A stretch of DNA of 64,000 nt from positions 38,502,001 to 38,566,000 of the forward strand of contig OX597815.1 of assembly GCA_951406725.2 (NCBI GenBank). Direction: 5' to 3'. Numbering within the stretch: position 1 is the first letter of the stretch; every line of letters begins with the position of its first letter. The notes beneath the pieces are model-generated. The model saw only the letters and a list, made by a program, of their open reading frames with translations, was not told the DNA's origin and did not search any database. Positions 14,001-29,429 of the stretch are shown here, one piece after another. The stretch comes from Octopus vulgaris. Its lineage: Eukaryota. Made by a program: the position numbers and the translations under genes.

Positions 14001-15213
14001 GCCTTTGCACAGCTTCTAACGCTGGAGATGTACTACAGTATCAGCTGTTCACTACCAGTGAACTAAGGTAAACACCTCTTACTTTTCGAGCACCTTTCGG
14101 AGGTCGTATCTTACAATCTTTGCTTTCTTTGCAACGAGGCGTTGTTTCAGTTCCTCCATTACCACTTCCAGGTCGTTTATTTCAAAATTATACTTCCTCT
14201 TCAGTGATTTGTACTTTTGTTCGCTATTAAGCTCCCCTTTCTCTTTTCGGTCTAACACAGAGATTTCCTTCGAGAGCATGTCTAACCCTGCCTAGATTCT
14301 TCTTTTCCACTACCGATCTTTTATTTTGTCACTCCCACTATGTTTCTTTGTTTTTTGTTGTTGTTTTTTTTTTTACATCATCACCCACCTTTTCTGCTAC
14401 AACAATATTTGCTGCCTTGATCAAATTATTTCTTTCTGTGATGTTGTTTGTTCTGAAGTATTTCAGAATTTCATTCACATTTTTCGTTTCTTGGTTCAAT
14501 TTCTATCGATCAACCTTTTTATGTTTGCAAATAATGTCGCTATCGTTCTCCTGTAGTCTTACACTTATTCTGTCGTAGATTGCCTTTTGTTCATCTGTCA
14601 TGTCGCCATTAGTTTTATTGTCTTCTTTTAGATCATCTATATGTCTCTCATCAATTAAACCACCCCTGCTGATATTTCTCTTATTAGGAAGACTGTATTT
14701 TCGTTGTTATCTCTGCTGCTATTTTCCAGGAATCGTCTTTTGATAGCTTCGAGCTCCACTACTGGGAATCGAGAATTTTTTTGTTATTGCTCTAGCTTCA
14801 TCACATAGTCTGTGTTCCGTGAGTTGAAACAATGTCTTTTCTCTCCAATGATCATAAATACGTTCTTGGTAACCCCTAATTTGAGCACCATTTTCATCTA
14901 CTGGGCTGCTCAGGTAGTAACACTCCATGACCACAACATAAATTTGCTTGTTCCATCTACACCGTGTGTGGTGGTCTCTTTCTGGATATCGACAGGCTGG
15001 GGCCAGATCAGAATCTCTGAGTCTACCGAGTGTAACACTGTCACCATCACTGGCATCAGTTTCATTACCACCGTTATTCACAATATTTTGTTTTTTCATT
15101 GTCACTCATATGAGGTAGCGATTTTCAGGTTGCGCAATTACCAGTATTTTTATTGTGACACTACCAATAGATGTATCATTATGAGCCCATGAGGAGTCTC
15201 CACTCGTTCTTTC
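14001..15213 (-). mobile_element. Internally deleted non-autonomous R4/Dong derivative retaining both termini
   Basis: 5' UTR plus N-terminal ORF (RWNKQ..VVMECYY..RLCD) runs to KKAKIVRYD, which is fused directly to the terminal LRKVLEK* and a 3' UTR similar to 11028-11105. Flanked by (TAA)n on both sides. Confidence 0.85.
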
Positions 15214-15417
15214 ATTATTATTATTATTATCATAACTGATATCACTGATATTGTTTTTATGTGTAGTAGTAGCAGTAGTTGCAGCAACAGCAACAGTAAC
15301 AGGTGTGGGGTTAGTGGTAAGGATGGTAGTTGAGCCTCAGATTCCTGTGCTATCATAATAGTAGTAGCTGTAGTATTATTGTAGTATTAGTAGTATTTAG
15401 TATTAGCAGCTGCAGTA

Positions 15418-17015
<1,598 letters not shown>

Positions 17016-17016
17016 C

Positions 17017-17096
<80 letters not shown>

Positions 17097-17383
17097 CCAC
17101 CACTGCCATTGCTGGAGGAAATAGTTGGGGAACAGTTTGGTGAATAGATCATAATCTACAGGTCTATAAATTGATTCGGCAGATGGTGGGGAGGTCAGCC
17201 ATAGGGACAAAAGAATCTTCTCACCCTTTGGGTCAGCAGAGGTAAAATGCATTTCCTACTACCAGTGGTCACTGAGTGCCCTGCCTTGAAAAGAAGCAAT
17301 TCAACCTATTCTATTTGTAATTACTGGTAGAAAAATGAATGCTATATCTATGTATCTATATACATATATATATATATATCCAT

Positions 17384-17442
<59 letters not shown>

Positions 17443-17479
17443 TATATATATACACACATATACATATACACGCGCATAT

Positions 17480-18769
17480 ATTGATAGTCACGTCGTTGAA
17501 TTTTTTTATTTCTGAATTTAATCGTGTTGCTGCAATAAAAGGTGTGTTTACGTATTTGGGTAATATATTAAAGCTTTTAAGTTTTCTTGAGATGTTCGTT
17601 TGTCTGTCCCGTTGGAGAATACAGTAGGACTTTTTCAATGAAACGGACGTTTACATTTTCGATTACTCAAGAGTAAAAAAGAAAAGAAAACAAGTTGTAG
17701 GTAGTAAAGTTTTAAGATTTACTAAATATGGTCTTTTGTTTGAGAGAAATAGTGTTCTTAGAATAAAAAGGAGGATGATGTTTACATTTTCGAATACTCA
17801 GGTAGGTATTAATGTTTTTTTTAAGCTGATCGATTGTGTGTTCAGAAACTGTAGGTATGTAAGTTTCCTAATTTATTTTATTTTGAGGGAGATTTAAAAT
17901 ATTCACAGGAAATTGTAGATATTCCAGTCTTTGGGAATAGTAGGATGAAGAGATGTTCACCTTGTTGGATTTTTGAATTTCTTAATTTCTTTTTCTTTTG
18001 GAGTTTTTCATTTCTTTTTACAAGTTTTGCTGTGGTTTACAGTTTTTGTAGTTGTGCAGTATGTATATATTGGCAGGTGCTTACTTCGTTAATTTTTTAT
18101 CGCGCATTTAATGCGTTGTTACAATAAAAGGCATGTTTACATATTCTGTTTGTCATGGAAGAAGGTAAGACAAAATGTTCACACAAAATTGCAGATATTA
18201 CAGTTTCTAAATTTTTTGAGGTGTTCGTTTTTATATTCGTTCAGAGAAAACTGTCGTGTTTTTTGGAATAAAAAGGATGTTTACATTTTCAAATATTCAG
18301 AGAATATGTAGAGAAGAAGGAACGGAAAGAAAAGGAAGGTAAAATTTTTCACAGGAAATTGTAGATATGAAGATTTTAAAATTTACTGGAGAGGGTCTTT
18401 TGTCTGTCTGAACAGGGAAAACTGTAGTGTTCTTGGAATAAAGAGGACGTTTACATTTTCGAATACTAAGGTGAAAAGGAAGTGACAGGTATTCACAGAA
18501 GGTGTAGATATTAAAGGCTTTAAGCTGATTGCTTATGTGTTCGAAAGCTGTGGATGTTTAAATTACTTAACATATTTTGAGAGAAATTCAACATACTCAC
18601 AGGAAACTGTAGATATTCCAGTCTTTTAGAATTATTTTTCAGTTGTCCTTCTGGGTTGTATTAGTATTTCTGTGACTTTAGCTGCTGAAAGGTCAGAGCA
18701 GCGAAGACCACGTTCAGCCGCATATTTTTCACATCCAGTCGCATTATATTTGTCACGTCCAGCCACATA

Positions 18770-18771
<2 letters not shown>
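17480..18771. repeat. Unclassified interspersed repeat 'U' with internal degenerate subrepeats
   Basis: Recurring units GTTTACATTTTCGAATACT and TTCACAGGAAATTGTAGATAT. The right end (GGTCAGAGCAGCGAAGACCACGT) is shared with 51966-52441 and abuts (TTA)n. Confidence 0.75.
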
Positions 18772-18857
<86 letters not shown>

Positions 18858-18880
18858 CATTATTATTATTATTATTATTA

Positions 18881-19634
<754 letters not shown>

Positions 19635-19663
19635 CATCATCATTATTATTATTATCATTTGGT

Positions 19664-19880
19664 AAGGCGGTGAGATATCAAAATCGTTTACACATCTGAC
19701 AACATGCTTAGCGGCTTTTCGTCCGAATTTATGCATTGTATTCAAATCCGGCCGAGGTTGACTTTTGCTTTTCAGTCTTTCAGGTTCGGTGAAATAAGTA
19801 CCAGCTACGTAATGTGGTCGTTGCAATCGTCTAACCCCCTTCCTACAAATTGGAGGCCTTGTTCTTATAATAGAAATTAA
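19664..19880 (+). mobile_element. SINE family A, diverged
   Basis: AAGGCGGTGAG head, TTCAAATCCGGCCGAGGTTGACTTT, AAATAAGTACCAG and GGCCTTGT tail. Confidence 0.7.
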
Positions 19881-20778
19881 GCTTCAGCATAAGATGTAGA
19901 AATACTACGTCATATTTTTTCTTTATTATCTCAACCTCTCCTTATACATACATACACAAACACAAACATGCAGACTCAAGAACCCACTCTTTCTCTCTCT
20001 GTCTCTGTCGCTCTCCCCCTCTCTCTCACTCCCCCTATCTGCCTGTCTCTCTGTCTTTCTGTCTCTCTCTCTCTCTCTCTCTCCCTCACGCACACACAGA
20101 TACATACATATATAACAATTAATATTTATGTCAGTAATAAATTGAAAAAATGTTTGCTTTGTCAAAGAAATAATCGTTACTCGATTCCCATGCGGGAACA
20201 TGCACGTGAGTGCATACGTGCATATATGTGTGTGCACGCGTGTGTGTAAGATGGGGTGGCAAAATATGTCGTGGTCATATACACGCATTTTGTTTACCAT
20301 TCGAAATAACTTTGTATCTGCAGGCATGCGTATGTGAAGACCTATATAGTAACACACTCATTTGAGTCTGCAAAAAAAAGTCCTTCTTAGAAGATCTACA
20401 AAATATGACAGTTTACACAATTTAGAGTTCTGTGGGATGACATGTGTCAAAGAAATTCTTAATGTTGCCAAAGTTATTTAAATACTAGATCTGGCAGTTC
20501 AAGACATGTCTCTCATACCGTTGGTTTTCTTCACAATCATATGATGACCAGATCAATTCCTTCTAGCTATTTACAAGAATCCGACAAAGTTTAAATATTT
20601 TCAACGAAAATGGAAAATGTGTGATTCAATCGATTTTCTGTATGCACTCTCCATTGAGCATATACAAGCAGACGCATAAACATGAACACATATCTAAAAA
20701 TGAATATGTGAGACTATCTGTCCATTTATCTAAGTATCTATACACACACACACAAATATATATATATATATATATATA

Positions 20779-21170
20779 GGCGCAGGAGTGGCTGTGTGGT
20801 AAGTAGCTGGCTAACCAACCACATGGTTCCGGGTTCAGTCACACTGCGTGGCATCTTGGGCAAGTGTCTTCTGCTATAGCCCCGGGCTGACCAGTGCCTT
20901 GTGAGTGGATTTGGTAGACAGAAACTGAAAGAAGCCTGTCGTATATATGTGTGTGTGTGTGTGTATGTGTTTGTGTGTTTGTGTTTGTCCCCCTAGCATT
21001 GCTTGACAACTGATGCTGGTGTGTTTACGTCCCCGTCACTTAGCGGTTCGGCAAAAGGGATCGATAGAATAAGTACTGGGCTTACAAAGAATAAGTCCCG
21101 GGATCGATTTGCTCGACTAAAGGCGGTGCTCCAGCATGGCCGCAGTCAAATGACTGAAACAAGTAAAAGA

Positions 21171-21171
<1 letters not shown>
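20779..21171 (+). mobile_element. tRNA-derived SINE family B
   Basis: A-box-like TGGCTGTGTGG, B-box-like GGTTCAGTC, CORE-like TTGGGCAAGT, an internal (GT)n and the 3' end CCAGCATGGCCGCAGTCAAATGACTGAAACAAG. Copies at 26638 and 62663. Confidence 0.88.
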
Positions 21172-21227
<56 letters not shown>

Positions 21228-21299
21228 TATGTAATTATAAGATCCAAGGAACTAAGTGTATGGATACATATATATATATAAATGAATGTGTCACTCTGT

Positions 21300-22420
21300 C
21301 TACCTACCTATCTATTATTCTGTTTTATGTCATTCCATTCAGTATGATTGCTATTTACCACCTTACCTATATTCCAGCGGCTGAGATGGAATTTAAATTG
21401 GGGTGTTTCCTCTTGTACACTAGACGACTCAAGTATACATTTCTTACTAACATTTTATTCTACGAGCATTTCTATTGTTGCATTTAAAACGGTTATATTT
21501 GTTATAAAAATTAGATAATTTTATTTCGTTAATTGAAGATATAATTTGAGACAAATTATTCGATACAGAAAAGGCAGCTCTAAGAAACCTATGGTTAATA
21601 ATATCGTAATATCTACTTTCCTTTGTAAAGCGTTTAGAAAAAAGTTTGCATAAGGTCATGACCAAATTATTTTTAATTTACTTAGCGAATGGAATTATAA
21701 ACTAAATGATGTTCCTATCAAGAGATGCATAATCATTTTCATATTTCCGAACCTTATTATTGACATACGTGCTTTGTTATATTATTCTTGTATACATAAT
21801 CCTAGCCATATGATTACCATTAGATGAACAAAGTAACACTTTGATTCCCATACTTTGTATACCATTCTTCCCATTTGCACTGTTATCCTTCCTTACTCTA
21901 TTCGTATGCCTATTCCTGCAAGTTCGTTAAATTATTACTAACATGAGAAACATCGATGTTGTTAGAGATGCTGATGTTCATGTATTTAGGATAATACTTC
22001 AACGTTCGTTTATACCCAACTTTACTGAGTGCCATATTATAAGTCAGCATTTTTGTCAAAAATATCCTTATTTGACGATAGATTAGAAATTCTTTTAGAG
22101 ATATTATAAACTATAATATCTTTAACAGAACCAGAATAATTACTTCCGACATTAATATACTTAAGATTGGAGATAGACTTGTGGTATGGTTCACAGTTGA
22201 CAGTAATGAGAATAATATTAACGTCTAGGAAGTTAATTGATTCACGTTTATTTTCTATCGTTATAAAGTGTCCAAAAATTTCTTATAGTTCAAGTTTCCT
22301 TTTAGATAGTTACCCAATGGTAAAAAAGGGCATCATCTCCATATAAACCTCCCGAAAGTTCAGGAAAATCATTTTCCAAGATAAAAAGTATATAAATACC
22401 AACCTCCCACAAGTTTTTTT
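21300..22420 (-). mobile_element. Penelope-like element RT relic
   Basis: Minus strand reads ESINFLDVNI..CEPYHKSISNLKYINVGSNY..NISKRISNLSSNKDIFD, and ORF 21447-21665 reads FTKESRYYDIINHRFLRAAFS..NLSQIISSIN. These match the PLE RT thumb and linker. Confidence 0.8.
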
Positions 22421-22664
22421 GAAAATCCATTCCCAATATAAATATATTTTCATTTTTTTCATTTCATCTAGTTTCAGCTCACGAGGTGTGGCTATGCTGG
22501 AGCACCGCCATTAAATATAAATATAAAAAATATATAAATACTAACCAAATTTGTAACTTGCAGAGCCCGTCGCTTAGATTTCCCTGCGCAAATCAATTTA
22601 ACATTAGGGTTACCATAAAAATCATCCTTGTGATTCATTAAAATAATCCTCGGTCCTTAGGTCT

Positions 22665-22704
<40 letters not shown>

Positions 22705-22737
22705 CATACAATATTAGATATGTGCATATATACACAA

Positions 22738-23400
22738 GGGCACTACATGAGCACCAACATCGTTAAAAAATAGAAGTCAAAAATACTTCTGTACCGAATA
22801 GTCACAAAATCTACTACAGGCATGATAGGAAAATATATCAGGGAACAATTATAATGTCTTACCTCTAACTGGGTCACAATAAGTAAATGCTGGTCAACTT
22901 GTTACCGGTTTCGAAATTTAGCGCCAAATTTCAAAAAATCAGGTGCCTGATTTCTCATCAGCCAAAGTCTGCCAGCTAATTACTACTAAAATTCTCCCCC
23001 ACCATGCCTGCAAAAGTTCGTTTGAAATGACCAAGCACTATAGGGACAAACGAAATGTGTGAAATTACTTATAAATAAATATTGGGATGGTATTGTTTGT
23101 TCCTATAGTGCTTGGTTACTTCAAACGAACTTTTGCTGGCATGGTGGGGAAGAATTTTAGTAATAATTAGCTGGCAGACTTTGGCTAATGAGAAATCAAG
23201 CACCTATTTGGCGCTAAATTTCGAAACCGGTAACAAGTTGAGAAACATTTATTTGTTCTGATCCAGTAGAGGTAAGACGTTATTATTGTTCCCTGACATT
23301 TTTTCCTATCATGTCTGTAGTAGATTTTGTGACTATTTGGTGGTACAGAAGTATTTTTGACTTCTATTTTTTTTATTATGTAGGTGCTCTTGTAGTGCCC
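22738..23400. mobile_element. Palindromic MITE/fold-back element (~310-bp arms, ~45-bp spacer)
   Basis: Termini GGGCACTAC...GTAGTGCCC. Arms 22738-23051 and 23095-23400 are reverse-complementary with scattered mismatches. No clear TSD. Confidence 0.9.
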
Positions 23401-24268
23401 TGATAATTCGCTTGCCATTCGTGATGGTATTTTAATAATACCATCCCTATACATATATATATATATATATAATATATAATTATAAGATCTAAGGTTCAGA
23501 GTGTACGAAGTTTATAAACATCGCGGAGCCCATGGTAGGTATAAATGTCAACGTTCTGGAACAATATAAATTTATTGGTGTCGAAGGTTGTAGGTTTTTC
23601 CCATATCAAAATTTGATAAGCTGAATTTTTTTCTATACCTTAATTTATATTAAGGGCTCTGGAATACCAGCTAAAGAGTAGATGCCAAATAGCTACAAAC
23701 CACTCCAAAGCAGTTTTCTAGTTTTATTACCATATGTTGAATGCGAAGAAAGGGGCAAGAAGGTAAACAAAATTTCCGATGATTCTATATCTTAAGAATT
23801 CATGCTCTGCAATCCTCAGTAGAAATATACTGATAAGCAAATAGACAAAAAATACATATACATACCGAAAAATCCATTCGTAAATTTCAATATATAAATG
23901 GATTTCCCGCATATACATTTCATCTAACAGCCCATCTCGACTATGTGGTTAATGTCAGAAATCATCCTGGGTAAATACAACCACAAGCATAATATACTGA
24001 CCAGAGAACTCAAAAATTATTTATACCTATAAATTAAGGATATAGTCATTAAAATGACTATATCAGTGACTAACTACTAATATAATTATTTAATATAATG
24101 ATTTTAATGATTATTTCCTTAATTTATATATATATATATAGAAATAATTTAGATTCAGTTGAATTAGGTACTTAAGTTGAGGCACCATGTCAATCCGGTA
24201 TTATCCGCACAGCTCGAAGTAAGGTGAATAAAAATTAAATAAGTAACAAGAATGTCAAAGTATTAATG

Positions 24269-24350
24269 CAATACAACTGTTTCAGGTAGCTCTATTTAAT
24301 CGAACAATGCAATCGCGCATCAGTTTAAAATACAGTGCCATCTTCAGTTG
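24269..24350 (-). ncRNA. Type I hammerhead ribozyme (PLE-type, long stem II)
   Basis: Minus strand reads CAA-CUGAAGA-[~57-nt imperfect hairpin]-GAAA-C-AGUU-G-UA^UUG. The core is intact but stem I is only 3 bp. Confidence 0.6.
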
Positions 24351-25307
24351 AAAAAATATGGGCTTTCAACAGACAAGATATACTAATATAATTTTTTGCA
24401 AATATTTTATCAGAGCTAGAAAATGAAAGAATTCCATGCTGCCAGTATTGTAGCAGAAATAAACTAAGAGAAAAACAACTACAATTTTGGAGTGGCATGA
24501 ATGGATCATATTAGGGGTCATGTGATTGTAATTCACTTCTAGTTTTCATTTATTTCCTTATCACCATCAAAAGATCTAACGCAGCTACTAGACTGCTTTT
24601 GTTGAGAATTAAGATCACTTGGAGTTGAAAGATCAGAACTAGTTGCTGGTCATGAATAAATGATATTATATATTTTCTGGAATCTTAATTTTTTTATGGC
24701 TATAAGTTCCCCGTGCCACATAAAGAAACAAATCTTAGAAGGAGTCAATTAGATTAGTGGTAAATGCCCAGAAAAAGAGGTAGGGTAGTGGTGGTGATAT
24801 AAACTCTTTCCATTAATTTCAGTTAAAGGGGCCGACACTATGAAACGTAGGGCACTACAATGTGATCTAGATAAACATTAAGGGCACAGAGGGAGAAAAC
24901 GGTTATAATCAAGGTATAACAACATCTATGTATTATATGTTGTATAATAATAAAAGTAATTTTTTGAAAAAGTTTAGAAAGGGACATAGGAACCAGATAA
25001 GATTAGAAGGATATATAGACCAATTTAAGCGCTAAATAGACACTTTTATATATAAGCTGTCTGCATGTCGTTCATCTGGTAGCACAAGGGTTGGAATTTC
25101 CCTGTATTAAACTGCATGTTGTTGTCTTCAGCCCTCCTTATAATGCGTCCAATTTCCGTTGCAGATGTGCATTTTCTGAGAGACAGCTGTGTCTTCTGCA
25201 TAGCTAGCAAGACTGACTATCTGAGCTGCTGAGGGCATGTCTGAGAGAGCCATATATATACATACATACATACATACATACAGACAGACATACATACATG
25301 CATACAT

Positions 25308-25412
<105 letters not shown>

Positions 25413-26637
25413 CTCTTTTAAAGGGGCTTCTTTCAGTTTCTTTTACCAAATCCACTCAAAAAGCTTTGGTCGGCTCGAGACTATATAATGTTGATGCTAA
25501 TGCTATGGACTAGGAGCAAACTTCTATGCAGCCGCTCAACATGCTGGGACCGCGAAGGTCAACTAAAAGTCACATATTATCTTAAACGATAGAGGACGGA
25601 TTGGAAATGTAGTTCCTGGTATAGAAAAGCATTAAAAGCAAACCAGGACTTGAAGACCTTTGATTATAAATGTACTCGAACGTGACTAATTTGAAACTAA
25701 ATAACTACAATCATAACGGTGGTTCTAATCCAGGCTAAAACCCCAGATTTGGAAGGGGAAGGTTTGAAAATTCAACTTAGCGGGGTCGATAAAGTGAAGT
25801 GGTTAAAAAGACAGGGTGATCTTGGCAGAAATCAGAAAGTCTTTGTGCTACTGTGCAACTGTGTGCCGATTCTCACACCCTATATTATCTGTTTAAGTCC
25901 CCTTTTTCCGATAAGGCCAAAACACGGAGGAGACAAATTATAGCGAGGCGAAAAGTATAGCAAGTAACTTCGAGTGCGATATCTAAGATACATTCTCTAT
26001 TGTAACATCGTTTTAACAAATGCCAAGTAAGTGAAATATGAAAAATAAAAACTCGTTTCGCTTATACACAGATGGGATTTAAGGTGGTTCAAAAAGGATA
26101 CGTTAAACTCAATACGCAGAGGAGAATATATATGTGATTATTTTGTATCTGTAAAGCAACATAAGTGATACAAGGGAATTTTGCGTGTTAATAGACTAAA
26201 TTATAAATCAAAACATTTCTTATTATATAGTTGGAAATAAATTTATGATATCAAAACTACCAAAATACATTAGAATATCACGTTATAATGTAATATTTTT
26301 CAATATGTGTCCATTAACCCAGTGAAACAAAGACAAATAACGAGAATCTAATAAACTGATTCATATAGTCGCGAGTAAATTTATAGGGCAATTATATATA
26401 CGTACAGACGTGCTTGTAAAAACACGTAAATATAAATTCATAAATGCATACGTGCACGCATAAGTACATAGAAGCACACACATACAGGCATATATAAATG
26501 CATACGTATTCACACACAAATTCATTTGCACACAGATTCACATACGCATACATATATAAGCGCACAATTATACACAAGTAAGCTCAATTATGTGCCCTCA
26601 AAAATTTATACGTAGGCGTGTATATATATATATATAA

Positions 26638-26782
26638 GTGTAGGAGTGGCTGTGTAGTAAGTAGCTTGCTTACGAACCACATGGTTCCGGGTTCAGTACC
26701 ACTGCGTTTTGCCTTGGGCAAGTGTCTTCTACTATAGCCTCGAATGGATTTGGTAGACGGAAACTAAAAGAAGCCCGTCGTA

Positions 26783-26827
<45 letters not shown>

Positions 26828-27049
26828 GTATGTGTATATGTTTGTGTGTCCTCTTATCATCGATTGACAACCGATGCTGGTGTGTTTACGTCCCCGTAAC
26901 TTAGCGGTTCGGCAAAAGATACCGATAGAATAAGTAGTAGGCCTACAAAGAATATGTCCTGGGGTCGATTTGCTCGACTAAAGGTGGTGCTCCAGCATGG
27001 CCACAGTCAAATGACTGAAACAAGTAAACGAGTAAAAAGAGTAAAGAGT
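26638..27049 (+). mobile_element. tRNA-derived SINE family B
   Basis: Colinear with 20779-21171. Confidence 0.88.
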
Positions 27050-27172
27050 AATACTCTACTTACATGCATATACATATAAATAAAGACTTTGTATGTATAC
27101 GTTATAATAATTGGCTGCGTGATTTTATGCTGAAAAATTCTAAATTTTTAGGACCATATGTCTGTAATGTTT

Positions 27173-27212
<40 letters not shown>

Positions 27213-27328
27213 ATAGATGTTTGCGTGTGCATGTGTGTACACATTTGCGCACACGCTTACACAGACATGCCATGCACTAAAATCAAAGTTAAGTATGGAT
27301 ATGCATATATATGTGTGTGCGTGTATAA

Positions 27329-27380
<52 letters not shown>

Positions 27381-28751
27381 ATATAGATATAGATATATAT
27401 ACGTATATACGTACATACCTATACATATATGTGTGTATGAATGTATGTGTGTATATATGTACGTATGCATGCATGTAGGTATGTATTTTATGTGTGAAGC
27501 CAACGTATTGATTTGAGGTTCCAGAGATGAAAGCCGACAAAGTTTTGATCAAGCTGTAAAATCCCAAATAGTCAAGAGTCGAATGAAACAATACAACTGA
27601 TAATCGAAAACAGTAAAGAGACTACGGCTTGAAACGTGGAACTTTAGTTGTTGTCAGGAAACATTAAAATTAGTGTATATAAGACATGCATTTAACTCTC
27701 AGAATCTTTCAACACATCAACCGTGTGTATACACCATGTGTGTATATTTCAATTATGAATACTTATGTCAACTTTAATGCACTGAGTTTATTTTAAACAG
27801 TGGGGGTTTTATTTCAAAACAACGCACATACATAAATATTATAAATATTGTACAACATCATTCTGTCATCCCACCGTTTTCTGCTAGCCGACAATATATA
27901 ATTTTCGTTGGTTTGTGAAAGAAGTATTTGGTAATATTTGGCCAGTACAAAAACGAGAAACGGTTCAGAGATGAGATCGTACTAAACCGACTATTAAAGC
28001 TTATAATGATAATGATTGAGGAGATATCCTCCTCATTTAGGTGTTGGTTCCCCATGAAATTATCCCCTTTCTCCGTACATTATACAAGACTTCGATAACG
28101 TTTTATCAGACCACAGCAACATTCAGTAGAATCTCCAATAACATCTGAATTATTTCTAACGATAAAGTTTATAAACATAAGTTAACATAAAGCTTTCCCT
28201 TTTGACACTAAGCCAACATAAAATTGTTGGTAATCAGCCGAGTTCAGAAATTGGCTTCGATTTCCGATTGAAGTGAAATCACGTTATTTGCGAACTCATG
28301 ATTTTGAGAAACATTTCGACATCATATAACCCGTATTAAGTTCACGTATAAAATATGTCTCACATCAGCGAAATCAATAACGCACCTCTCATTTTATTAT
28401 ACGCTTTTAACTCGAATGACTGCTTCAAAACAATAAGATATGAAATATTTACATATCGTACATACTTGAAGAAACCTTGAATACAAAATGTTGTGAATCG
28501 ATATCGATTTCTTAAAGTGTATTTGAGACATCACTGTATTCTAGAATTCTGGATGTCCAGGGACAAAGTTGCAACCAAGTACAAACGAGTAAAGAAAATT
28601 TCGTGCGGGAATCTACGAACTATTTTTATACTATTTAAGGGACTGTGAATTTAGGATCAACTTCCACACTACTTTCGTAAAGGATATATAAATGTTTTGT
28701 AAGTTACGGAGAATATATATTATGATATAATATTATATATAGTTATATATC

Positions 28752-29132
28752 GTGGCTCTCCGTCGGTTTCGACGACAAGGATACCAGTTGATCCGATCAA
28801 CGGAACAGCCTACTCGTGAAATTAACGTGCAAGTGGCTGAGTACTCCACAGACACGTGTACTCTTAACGTAGTTCTCAGGACGATTCAGCGTGACACAGA
28901 GTGTGACAATGCTGGCCTTTCGAAATACAGGTACAATAGTAACAGGAAGAAAGAGTGAGAGAAAGTTGTGGTGAAAGAGTGCAGCAGGATTCACCACCAC
29001 TCCTGTCAGAGCCTCGTGGAGTTTTAGGTGTTTTCGCTCAATAAACACTCACAACGCCCGGTCTGAGAATCGAAACCGCGATCCTACGACCACGAGTCCA
29101 CTGCCATTACTACTAGGCCATTGTGCCTCCAC
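28752..29132 (-). mobile_element. tRNA-derived SINE family C
   Basis: Minus-strand head GGAGGCACAATGGCCTAGTAG (A box)...GGTTTCGATTCTC (B box), then a non-coding body, flanked by (TA)n-rich DNA. Confidence 0.75.
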
Positions 29133-29159
29133 ATTACTATTTATATACATATACCTATA

Positions 29160-29203
<44 letters not shown>

Positions 29204-29247
29204 TGTGTGTGTGCCTGCGTGTGTGTACGTGGGTGCATGTGTCTGCT

Positions 29248-29333
<86 letters not shown>

Positions 29334-29429
29334 GCTGTGTGTGTGTGTGCGTGCGCGTGTAAATCAGCAGTAACTACGGTAGAATGTTTCGCAGTTGAAC
29401 AAGTCGTTGCTGTCATTTCAATGCTAAAC

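Noticed and set aside
17520-18640. CRISPR-like spaced repeats
   Set aside because: The units are degenerate and irregular with similar spacers, the context is eukaryotic, and there are no cas genes.
20779-20850. tRNA genes at SINE heads (also 29060-29132)
   Set aside because: No complete cloverleaf, and they continue into SINE bodies.
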